Positions 20,322 to 28,477 of a stretch of DNA of 62,949 nt are shown piece by piece. The notes below the pieces were generated by a model. The model did not search any database and was not told the DNA's origin. It worked only from the letters and a program-made list of their open reading frames with translations. Both the position numbers and the translations under genes were made by a program. This DNA is from an uncultured Anaerotruncus sp. (GTDB lineage: Bacteria; Bacillota; Clostridia; Oscillospirales; Ruminococcaceae). The stretch's first letter is position 1, and each line of letters opens with the position of its first letter. Location: positions 1-62,949 of the forward strand of contig CAJUJI010000001.1 in assembly GCA_910586875.1 (NCBI GenBank), written 5' to 3'.

Positions 20322-21644
20322 TTATGACTCGATAATCTGCATCATCGTACTCAGCGTATCATGGAACCCGACCTTGACGCCGACCTCCTGCTGAAGCAGC
20401 TTGTTAATTGCATCGATATGCCGGATCGCCTCATCCAGAGGCGGGTTGCTGCCGCTCTTATAGGCGCCTATCGAAATCAAATCCTGGTTATCCTGATACA
20501 CCGACATCATATTGCGGATCTTTCCTGCAATCTGGTTGTGTTCTGGGGTTGCAATCTCGCTCATCAAACGGCTGACACTCGCCAGAATATCAATCGCCGG
20601 ATAGTGATTGCGCATCGCAACCTTTCTGGAAAGCACGATGTGCCCATCTATAATACCACGCACGGTATCCGAAATCGGTTCGTTGGTGTCGTCACCCTCC
20701 ACCAGCACGGTATAAATGCCGGTGATCGAACCCTTTTCAAAATTCCCCGAGCGTTCCAAAAGCTTTGGCAATGCCGAGTAGATAGAAGGCGTATAACCGC
20801 GCGCCACCGGCGGTTCACCGGTACTCAGCCCAATCTCCCGCTGCGCCATGCAGAAACGGGTGAGCGAATCCATCATCAGCAATACATCCTTGCCCTGGTC
20901 GCGGAAATATTCGGCAATTGCGGTCGCGGTCAGCGCACATTTCGAGCGCATCATCGCGGGCGTGTCAGAGGTCGCCACCACCAGCACCGAGCGTTTGATC
21001 CCCTCCGGCCCCAGGTCGCGGTTGATGAACTCCACCACCTCGCGCCCACGCTCGCCCACCAGCGCTATGACGTTTACATCCGCCTTGATGTTGCGGGCGA
21101 TCATACCCATCAGCGTACTTTTACCGACGCCGCTTCCTGCAAAGATACCCATTCTCTGACCTTTCCCAATCGTAAGCAAGCCATCAATCGCCTTTACGCC
21201 GATTTCCATTGTCTGGGTAATCGGCGGTCGTCCCATCGGGTTGGAATAGGTGCCATTGATGGAATATAATTTGTCGCATTCAATCGGCGGGCCATCATCA
21301 ATGGGGTTGCCCAGCGCATCAACCGTGCGGCCGATTAGCCCGTCTCCCATATGGATCATCAGCTTCTGGTAGGTGGGCACCACGATGCTCCCCGCACCGA
21401 TGCCATCCACATCCTGGTAAGGCATCAACTGAATGGTGTGGCCCTTCATGCCGACCACCTCGGAAAGCACCGAGGTTTGCGGGTCAATCATGATATTGCA
21501 GACGTCTCCGATGTTGCAGGCAAGCCCTGTCGCTTCCACCGTCATCCCGACAATCTTATCAATCTTTCCCTGATAAGCGTACAGGTCGTTAAAGCGCACC
21601 GCCCTGCGATACTGAGCAATATCAACGCCCGTCTGCACCATCAC
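20322..21644 (-). CDS. fliI: flagellar export ATPase FliI
   Basis: GIFAGSGVGKST Walker A; GERGRE; LLMMDSLTRF; YPAID. Confidence 0.97.
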   Translation of the reverse strand: MMVQTGVDIAQYRRAVRFNDLYAYQGKIDKIVGMTVEATGLACNIGDVCNIMIDPQTSVLSEVVGMKGHTIQLMPYQDVDGIGAGSIVVPTYQKLMIHMGDGLIGRTVDALGNPIDDGPPIECDKLYSINGTYSNPMGRPPITQTMEIGVKAIDGLLTIGKGQRMGIFAGSGVGKSTLMGMIARNIKADVNVIALVGERGREVVEFINRDLGPEGIKRSVLVVATSDTPAMMRSKCALTATAIAEYFRDQGKDVLLMMDSLTRFCMAQREIGLSTGEPPVARGYTPSIYSALPKLLERSGNFEKGSITGIYTVLVEGDDTNEPISDTVRGIIDGHIVLSRKVAMRNHYPAIDILASVSRLMSEIATPEHNQIAGKIRNMMSVYQDNQDLISIGAYKSGSNPPLDEAIRHIDAINKLLQQEVGVKVGFHDTLSTMMQIIES

Positions 21645-21662
21645 AGCCGCCCTCCCCTCTGG

Positions 21663-22421
21663 TTAGTCCATTTCGCCGAGCACCCCGCGCAGATTTTCCA
21701 GCTGCACCGATACCGACGCATCCAGCACCATCTCTGGTGTATTCACCACACAAGTGCCTGGCGGACCATCCTTTGTCACAACATCAATGCGGGTTCCCTT
21801 TGCCAACGCTGGCAGCTCCTGATTGAGCAGCTCCACCAGCCCCTGCAATTGGTCGGAAACCTCCACAGAAATCCAATCGGCGCCGCGGATGGTGGAGACA
21901 GCCTGCCGCACCAGCTCAACCATCTCCTGTGCATTCTCGCCAATCCGCTTGTTCAGCACCTTCTCGGCGATGTCCACCGCCAATACCTTCAAGTCATTTT
22001 GGTAATGCTCAATAAATTCCTGCTGCTGCGTCTGCATCTGGTCAAGCAGCAGCTCCATCTGCTTCATTGCGTCGTCAATTTTTCCCGACATCTCTCGGTA
22101 AGCAGCCTCATACCCATCCTGCATCGCCTGCTGCCGCAGCTGAATGCCCTCCTGCTGCGCCTGCTGGAGTATCTGCTCCCGCTGGTGCTGGGCCTCTGCA
22201 ATCATCTGCTGTGCAACCGCATCCGCGCGCATCTGCGCATCTTGCAGTGCGCGCTCTTCCTGCATCCGGATATATTCCGGATCGATGGTTGGAAGCTGCT
22301 GTTCTTCCTCTTGGTCGGGCTCTCCATCGCCGTCTATGCGCACAGGCGGTGCCGGAAGATCGGAGATATATACCACATCTTCAGAGCAGACTGCGCCACC
22401 CTGCTTGATGACCTTAAGCAA
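21663..22421 (-). CDS. fliH: flagellar assembly protein FliH
   Basis: AxxxG-type helical repeats, IAEKVL; between fliG and fliI. Confidence 0.85.
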   Translation of the reverse strand: MLKVIKQGGAVCSEDVVYISDLPAPPVRIDGDGEPDQEEEQQLPTIDPEYIRMQEERALQDAQMRADAVAQQMIAEAQHQREQILQQAQQEGIQLRQQAMQDGYEAAYREMSGKIDDAMKQMELLLDQMQTQQQEFIEHYQNDLKVLAVDIAEKVLNKRIGENAQEMVELVRQAVSTIRGADWISVEVSDQLQGLVELLNQELPALAKGTRIDVVTKDGPPGTCVVNTPEMVLDASVSVQLENLRGVLGEMD

Positions 22422-23424
22422 TGATCTCCTCTCCCTCTCCTCTTGCGATTACGATTTCTCCGGCCTCCTCCAGTGTACGGATAATGCCAACAATCTTCTG
22501 TTGTGCCTCCTCCACATCGCGCATACGAATATTGTGCAGGTACTGGATATCGGTCTGAATGGTCTCGCGCATTCTCGAGGACATGTTCTGGAAGATAACC
22601 TCCTTGACCTCGTCGTTGGCCGCCTTGAGCGCAACAGCCAGGTCTTTTGTCTCGACCTCGCGGATAAAGCGCTGAATCGCCAGGCTGTCGAGGTTGGTGA
22701 TATCCTCGAATACGAACATGAGCTTGCGGATTTCGTCCGCGAGCGCTGGGTCCTTCACCGACAGCTCATCAAACACATATTTCTCGGTACTGCGATCCAC
22801 ATGGTTCATGATGTCTGCGATATACGGTACACCACCGACCTCTATCTGGTCGGAAGAAACGATGGTCGAGAACCGCCGTTCCAGCGAATCCTCTACAATC
22901 TTGATGATTTCTGGTGAAGCGCGGTCCAGGTTTGCAATCCGCTTGATTACATCGATCTGCATATTGCGTGGCAGCTCTCCAATAATCTGGGACGCCTGCT
23001 CCGAACGCGCATAGGAAAGCACCAGTGCAATCGTCTGTGGGTGCTCGCTTTGCAGCACCATCTGAAGGCTTTTATAGTCCGCCTTGCGGATAAACTCAAA
23101 CGCCTGTTTTTTCAGTGACTTGGAAACCCGCTCCATCAGCGAGGCCGCCTGTTGAGGGCCAAACGCCTTCTCCAGCACGTCGCGGGCATAAATTGCGCCG
23201 CCCTCGCTGATGACCTTTTGTGTCAAGCACAGCCCATAGAAATCCTCGATGGTTGCCTGGACATCCTCCTCGGACAGCCGCTCCATCTTCGCAATTTCCA
23301 GCGAGAGCTGTTCTACTTCCTCCTCATTTAGGTACTTATAAACATCCGATGCACGCTTTGAACCGAGCGCAATAATGATGGTTGCGGCCCTTTGAATGGG
23401 TGACAATTTTGTTTTCGTAGGCAC
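22414..23424 (-). CDS. fliG: rotor protein FliG
   Basis: EHPQTIA, GG linkers, MFVFEDI, NMSSR, VEEAQQKI. Confidence 0.97.
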   Translation of the reverse strand: MPTKTKLSPIQRAATIIIALGSKRASDVYKYLNEEEVEQLSLEIAKMERLSEEDVQATIEDFYGLCLTQKVISEGGAIYARDVLEKAFGPQQAASLMERVSKSLKKQAFEFIRKADYKSLQMVLQSEHPQTIALVLSYARSEQASQIIGELPRNMQIDVIKRIANLDRASPEIIKIVEDSLERRFSTIVSSDQIEVGGVPYIADIMNHVDRSTEKYVFDELSVKDPALADEIRKLMFVFEDITNLDSLAIQRFIREVETKDLAVALKAANDEVKEVIFQNMSSRMRETIQTDIQYLHNIRMRDVEEAQQKIVGIIRTLEEAGEIVIARGEGEEIIA

Positions 23425-23425
23425 G

Positions 23426-25024
23426 TCAACTCTCCTCCCTCAGCATTGCACGGATCAGGTTTGCAGTTACTTCGGGGTTCTGCTCAGCAAAGGCGCGTAC
23501 CTCTTCGGCAATCGCATCATCTTTCGCGTTGGTATGAGACTTCGCCTCATCCTGGAGCATCCGCTTGTGCTCTGCAATCTCGCGTTCAATCTGCTTCTGA
23601 CGCTCCAGCTCAGCGTTTTCAAGCTCAGCCTCTTCCTCCAGCTCCTTACGCTTGCGGGCACGGCGGATGAGGATAATCACAACTACCGCCAGAATGATCA
23701 ACAGTAGCAGACTCGCGCCAGCGATAATCAAAATCACCGTCAGGCTCAGGCCCTCATCTTCATCGTCTCCTTCACCAATGACCGGCTGTGGTGTATTGGT
23801 AAAGTCGAGGTTGCTCACCTTGATATCTGCCGCCGCAATGTTGGTACTCTTGGAAATCAGCTCCACCAACGTTTCTTCACGCTCGGTGGTGAATTCTGCG
23901 TCGTTCACCACAACCGCAACGGTTGCACGCCGCAAAAGCGGTTCACCCCGTTCAATCTGGGTCAACACATAGCTGATGTCATAATCTATAATATTCTCAT
24001 AATCGGTTGTTGTCCCATCTCCATTGTCCTGAACCTGGTTGGGATACCGCGGGATATCTGTGTTATTCTCCTCACCGACCAGTCCACCGGCATCAAATTG
24101 ACCGTTTTGGGTGAATCTTTCCTCAAAATGATTCATTACACCCTTGCCGTCATCCTCCGGCACATACTGTTTCTGTTCGGTTTTCATCATATCATAATCA
24201 AGCTCGACCTGTGCAACCGCCGTCACACCGTTAATTCCATATTTCGGAGTTAACAGCCGCTTGACATTGTCCTCGATCTGCTTTGCAATCTGCCGCTCAA
24301 ATTCCAATCGCTTGGTGTTAAAATTGTTGGTTTTCGTCGCGTCAACGCCCAACATCTCCACACCGGTGAGCATATCGATGACTACTACGTTTTCAGACTT
24401 CAAATTCGGCACCGAAAAAGCCGCCAGGTTTTTGACAGCCTGTACACGTTCCGGCGAGAGCTCCTGATCCTTTTTCATTCGTATCTGGATTGCAGCAGTG
24501 CTCTCTTCCTTGTTATTCTGATCCCATATGTAATTGCTTGTCTCAGGGATGTTAAAGGAAACAGTCGCGCTCTCAATCCCCGCCTGCTGTGCAAGCGTCT
24601 GCTCCATTCTCGTTTGCAGCTGGAATAAGAGTATCTGTTTTTGTTCATACTCTGTAGTAGTAAACCCTGTGTTATTCAAAAAGAAGTCGTAGTTTGGGGT
24701 GGTTTTCGGATAGCCCATCCCCGCCAATTCAAATACCAGGTTATCCCACTGGCTCTCCTGCACGAGCAGTTCTCCCTTGCGGTTGAGCTCAGCCGGAACA
24801 CCGCGCTCCTGAAGCACCGCATAAACCTGCTGGGTTTCCTCCCTGGTCATACCGGGAAACAGCGCTACCTGTTCGCTGGGTTGCCTATTGAGCAACACAA
24901 CGGCCAAAATTGCCAGGATTAGAATTGTGGTTCCTCCCCCGGCAAATATAATTTTATTCCGTTTTGATTGCCTTTCCCAGAAAGCCTTCAGCTTTCCGAG
25001 AAGCTCTTGTATTTTCTCTTTCAT
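23426..25024 (-). CDS. fliF: MS-ring protein FliF
   Basis: two TMs flanking ring domains; AFSVPNL; upstream of fliG. Confidence 0.92.
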   Translation of the reverse strand: MKEKIQELLGKLKAFWERQSKRNKIIFAGGGTTILILAILAVVLLNRQPSEQVALFPGMTREETQQVYAVLQERGVPAELNRKGELLVQESQWDNLVFELAGMGYPKTTPNYDFFLNNTGFTTTEYEQKQILLFQLQTRMEQTLAQQAGIESATVSFNIPETSNYIWDQNNKEESTAAIQIRMKKDQELSPERVQAVKNLAAFSVPNLKSENVVVIDMLTGVEMLGVDATKTNNFNTKRLEFERQIAKQIEDNVKRLLTPKYGINGVTAVAQVELDYDMMKTEQKQYVPEDDGKGVMNHFEERFTQNGQFDAGGLVGEENNTDIPRYPNQVQDNGDGTTTDYENIIDYDISYVLTQIERGEPLLRRATVAVVVNDAEFTTEREETLVELISKSTNIAAADIKVSNLDFTNTPQPVIGEGDDEDEGLSLTVILIIAGASLLLLIILAVVVIILIRRARKRKELEEEAELENAELERQKQIEREIAEHKRMLQDEAKSHTNAKDDAIAEEVRAFAEQNPEVTANLIRAMLREES

Positions 25025-25061
25025 CCCGCCATATACCTTCTCTTAGATTGATCGAGTCACA

Positions 25062-25370
25062 TCAAATCTGCATCTGCATAATTTCCTTATAGGCGCTCAC
25101 CGCCCGCGAGGTTAGCTGAACAGTAGTTTTTACTGCTGACTCCAAAGCGGCGGAATGAATCATCATTGTATGTAGGTCGACCGCATCATCCGCACCCAAG
25201 GCAAGGTCCAATGCGTCTTTATCTGCAATCGCCTGCGTTTCCTGTAAATTTGCAATCGAATCCTCCAGCATTTGCGCAAATGGTATATTAGACTCATTCA
25301 GGGCATTTACCCTTTGTGTTTCTTTTGCACCATCAATCAGCGGCAACTGGCTGAGTGGAATAATAAACAT
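25062..25370 (-). CDS. fliE: hook-basal body protein FliE
   Basis: C-terminal AYKEIMQMQI; DLHTMMI. Confidence 0.93.
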   Translation of the reverse strand: MFIIPLSQLPLIDGAKETQRVNALNESNIPFAQMLEDSIANLQETQAIADKDALDLALGADDAVDLHTMMIHSAALESAVKTTVQLTSRAVSAYKEIMQMQI

Positions 25371-25458
25371 CGCTTTCCCTCTTCTCTATTCCAAAACGCT
25401 CCAATAAACTATCTAGTTTCTCCAAATTTTCCCTTAATTCGTCGAATTACTATATTCT

Positions 25459-25487
25459 ATTATACACAAACCCTCAGAAAATGTAAA
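25459..25487 (-). promoter_or_regulatory. sigmaA promoter of the fliE-flhA operon
   Basis: TTTACA-17nt-TATAAT in an AT-rich intergenic region. Confidence 0.7.
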
Positions 25488-25745
25488 CTGGAAATATTGT
25501 ATAATTTTGTATACTTCATCTTTTAAATTTTATGGTTTAAGTTTGAATTAACCGCGATTATTCCACCAAATTCCGCTATATTTCCAGAATACATTTATCA
25601 CAGGTTTTCTAAACCTCTCTCTATCTTACGCAATAGGTTTACAAATAATTCCTATAAAATCCAAAGCAATTTTATGTACACAAAAACAAAAACCAACAAA
25701 GCGACCAACCAAACCGTGCTCTTTATCAAGCAGCGGTTCTGTTCA

Positions 25746-26192
25746 TCACTGCCGGTTCATACTTTGCTTATATTGCCGGTATAGACGGATTGCCTCCACA
25801 TCGTACTCAAATCCAAAAAAGGAAGGCACTAAATAGGTAAACACAAAATCCAAATCCTCCGATTGACTAATTGCAATCATTGTTTCGGTGATCAATACCC
25901 AGTTGAGGAACTGCTGGTTTGATACATAGCTAGATGTAAAGATATAATTATACAATACTTCACGGATTTTGTCAGGGTCAGAAATTTCCACTACCATACT
26001 CACTGCCTTGCGCAGAAATTGGTCTGGAAAGCGCGCCCTGTCTTCAATCAGCTCATCCATTTTCAGCAATCCAAACCTGCGGGCAGCGAAAGCAAGCTCT
26101 AAAAGCTTGCGCACGGTGACTAGGCACTCATTTTTCGCATCCCGTGTACATTGGATGTGCTGTACAAAGTATTCGGTATCCATAATCCGCAT
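25746..26192 (-). CDS. soluble protein resembling the MotA cytoplasmic domains
   Basis: ELAFAARRFGLL..DQFLRKAVSMVVEISDPDKI aligns by eye with MotA ELATEARINGLL..DPFLKSSMMLVVDAVDPEKV; GGAAGGA RBS. Confidence 0.7.
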   Translation of the reverse strand: MRIMDTEYFVQHIQCTRDAKNECLVTVRKLLELAFAARRFGLLKMDELIEDRARFPDQFLRKAVSMVVEISDPDKIREVLYNYIFTSSYVSNQQFLNWVLITETMIAISQSEDLDFVFTYLVPSFFGFEYDVEAIRLYRQYKQSMNRQ

Positions 26193-26246
26193 ATTGTGGG
26201 TATTCCTTCCTATATGCTGCGCAGCAAGTCCGCCGCAGGCGCATCA

Positions 26247-26775
26247 AAAGTTTCGCCGGCCTTTTCAAAGGCCGCAGGGTCCAGGGGCAGCGCCCTGGTC
26301 GTCGCTGTCAAAAATCCCAGCGGGATTTTTGACAGCGACGAAACGCGTCTTTCTCGTTTGGGAGCCGGCCGCAGCCGGCGATATCCCCCGCAAGCACCGT
26401 GTCAACCTTTGGTTGGCGCGATGTGCTTGCTTCCTTTTTTCGCTGGTGCGGCGCGGCACGTGCGCACCAGCCGCCGCCTACAAGGTGTTTTCGCCGCACC
26501 AGGCGGCAGCGAAAACACCGCATACGGCATCAGGTGTGTACGGTAGGGGTGCTTTTTCTCTTGTAAAAAGCACCCCTCTTGCTGTCCTATGGACAGCAAT
26601 TCACCCCGCAAAAATCCGCTTTTACGGAAAAGGTATTCCGCGCTTTGCGAAGCGCGACCAAAGGCGCTGCCTTTGGAATCCGCAGCCTTTTAAAAAAGGC
26701 TGGCGAAAATTTTAGCTCGCTAGCGCGGTTGGGTAAACGCTGGCGAAAAATTTGGTGCGCTAGCGCGGTTGTGAG
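26247..26775. repeat. cluster of palindromic REP/MITE-like repeats
   Basis: inverted about 60-bp copies at ~26247-26305 and ~26652-26712; perfect 19-bp-arm palindrome 26300-26340; more hairpins near 26483-26520 and 26546-26577; imperfect direct repeat 26699-26771. Confidence 0.7.
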
Positions 26776-26787
26776 CTGCGCAAATAC

Positions 26788-27225
26788 CTATTTACCAATC
26801 TCCAAAGCTCGGAGCGCCAACGCTTTCACAATCGAAAGCGCCGTCAAATTCGCGTCATACGCATTGCTCGCCGCCATCAAATCAATTCGCTCCTCTGTCA
26901 GGTCAACATTCGGGTACATCACATACCCATCCTCGTTCGCGTCCGGATGGGACGGGTCAAACACCGGCCGGAAATCCCGCTGGCTTTCGACCACCTCGGT
27001 GACACGCACGCCGCCACGCTCGACCTTGAGCTGCTCATCCTTGAGCACCGAGCCAAAGCTCAACCCACGCTCTTGGAAAATCACCTGCTTACGGCGGTAT
27101 GGTTCTCCCTCTGGTGTACGGGTGGTTTGGGAATTGGAGATGTTCTGCAAAATCATATCCATGCGGAACCGCTCAGCCGTCAGACTGGATCCGACAATTC
27201 CCATTGTATTCATAAAGGATGACAT
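26788..27225 (-). CDS. flgC: proximal rod protein FlgC
   Basis: NISNSQTTR, PYRRKQV, DPSHPDANEDGYVMYPNV. Confidence 0.96.
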   Translation of the reverse strand: MSSFMNTMGIVGSSLTAERFRMDMILQNISNSQTTRTPEGEPYRRKQVIFQERGLSFGSVLKDEQLKVERGGVRVTEVVESQRDFRPVFDPSHPDANEDGYVMYPNVDLTEERIDLMAASNAYDANLTALSIVKALALRALEIGK

Positions 27226-27244
27226 TGAAACCCCTCCTCAGTGA

Positions 27245-27610
27245 TTATTTAGCCGCCTGTTCCAGTATGTAATTTAGGTTGGTGAACTGGCCGCCGATCT
27301 TTTCATAAAGGTAAAGTGTCTCCACATAGTTGCGATACAGCTCCATGCTCTCAACATCCGAATCGACATTATTGCCATCAGGACGCATCTCGGTTGCCTC
27401 GTCGGTCCAGACCTTTGCCTTGAAATCGAATTTACCTCTGCCGGTGCGCCGGGTTGTCTCACTCAGCACATCCTCAAACGAAATCTTTTTCGCTTTAAAG
27501 TTCGGCGTTTCGTAGTTCGCCAGATTGTGCAAAATTACCTTCTGCTCAATTCCCAGCCCATTCAAGCGGCTTTGCATCGCCTGAAATGCCAACGAGTCTA
27601 AAATCATCAT
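27245..27610 (-). CDS. flgB: proximal rod protein FlgB
   Basis: HNLANYETPNFK; RPDGNNVDSDVE. Confidence 0.93.
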   Translation of the reverse strand: MMILDSLAFQAMQSRLNGLGIEQKVILHNLANYETPNFKAKKISFEDVLSETTRRTGRGKFDFKAKVWTDEATEMRPDGNNVDSDVESMELYRNYVETLYLYEKIGGQFTNLNYILEQAAK

Positions 27611-27625
27611 GCTGCTTCCCTCCGT

Positions 27626-28474
27626 CTATTTTACTGTAATTTCAGCAGTTTCCTCCAAAACGGCATCCTCTGCCACCAGCTTTGCCATAATCACAAAGCG
27701 ATGGCTAGTGTCCTCCCTGCCAAACTTGATGGTGCAGGTGGATAAGGTCAAAATTTTGTCCTCTGGCCCGACCGTTACCCCGTAATCATAAATCGACTGC
27801 GCCTTTGCATCCTCCGCCAGCGCGACGAGCTGTGCACCGGTCAGATTGGTATTGATATAATCCATCTCAACCGACGGATAAAACACCGCAAATACCTGCC
27901 AGTCCATAAAGTCTTCCATTGTTGAAAACTCTATATATGGGGTACTGCGCGCAAACGCAGGATCGGTAAAGCGGAACAACTGGGAAAAGCGCGGTCCATC
28001 CGGATTATCCTGCAAATCGCTGTGCCCGTAAATCACCGTATTCGGCCCCATCTCCTCACGCTTGCCAATCCAGCTGGCGTAATCTGCAAAATAGCAGCCA
28101 TAAATATCCGGCTGTTTGCGCTCGGTCAGGCGCAGATAGTAATTGTTATCAAACGATTGCAGCACACTGTTGTTAATCTCCGTACCCGGCACCCGCAGCC
28201 ATCCAACGGTATCGGGATTCTGGCGGTACTCATAATCGAGTGCCTCCAACATCTCCGCGCCGCTTTGTACCCGCTTATAAATGCCCAAATTCGGCTGTTG
28301 ACCCGCCTGTGTGTCGGATGCGTCCTGACTGGACACATCCTCCTGCGGCGTCTGCTGCGAGGCAGGCTTTTTTTGCAGCGCTGGAAGCACCACCTCTTTG
28401 GTGAGAATGGTACCTCCAGCCACCAGTCCGCCCAACAGCAGCAAAATGAACAGGGTCAGAAGAAATTTTTTCAT
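27626..28474 (-). CDS. srtB: class B sortase
   Basis: N-terminal TM; NPDTVGWLRVPGT, DNNYYL, NTVIYGH, ILTLSTC and HRFV give the His-Cys-Arg triad. Confidence 0.9.
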   Translation of the reverse strand: MKKFLLTLFILLLLGGLVAGGTILTKEVVLPALQKKPASQQTPQEDVSSQDASDTQAGQQPNLGIYKRVQSGAEMLEALDYEYRQNPDTVGWLRVPGTEINNSVLQSFDNNYYLRLTERKQPDIYGCYFADYASWIGKREEMGPNTVIYGHSDLQDNPDGPRFSQLFRFTDPAFARSTPYIEFSTMEDFMDWQVFAVFYPSVEMDYINTNLTGAQLVALAEDAKAQSIYDYGVTVGPEDKILTLSTCTIKFGREDTSHRFVIMAKLVAEDAVLEETAEITVK

Positions 28475-28477
28475 GCA

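Noticed and set aside
26247-26712. C. difficile-like invertible flagellar switch
   Set aside because: The inverted copies are imperfect, lie downstream of flgC rather than upstream of flgB, and no recombinase is in the window.
26265-26715. Several short ORFs in the flgC to mini-MotA gap
   Set aside because: They are translations of palindromic repeat DNA with no coherent protein features.
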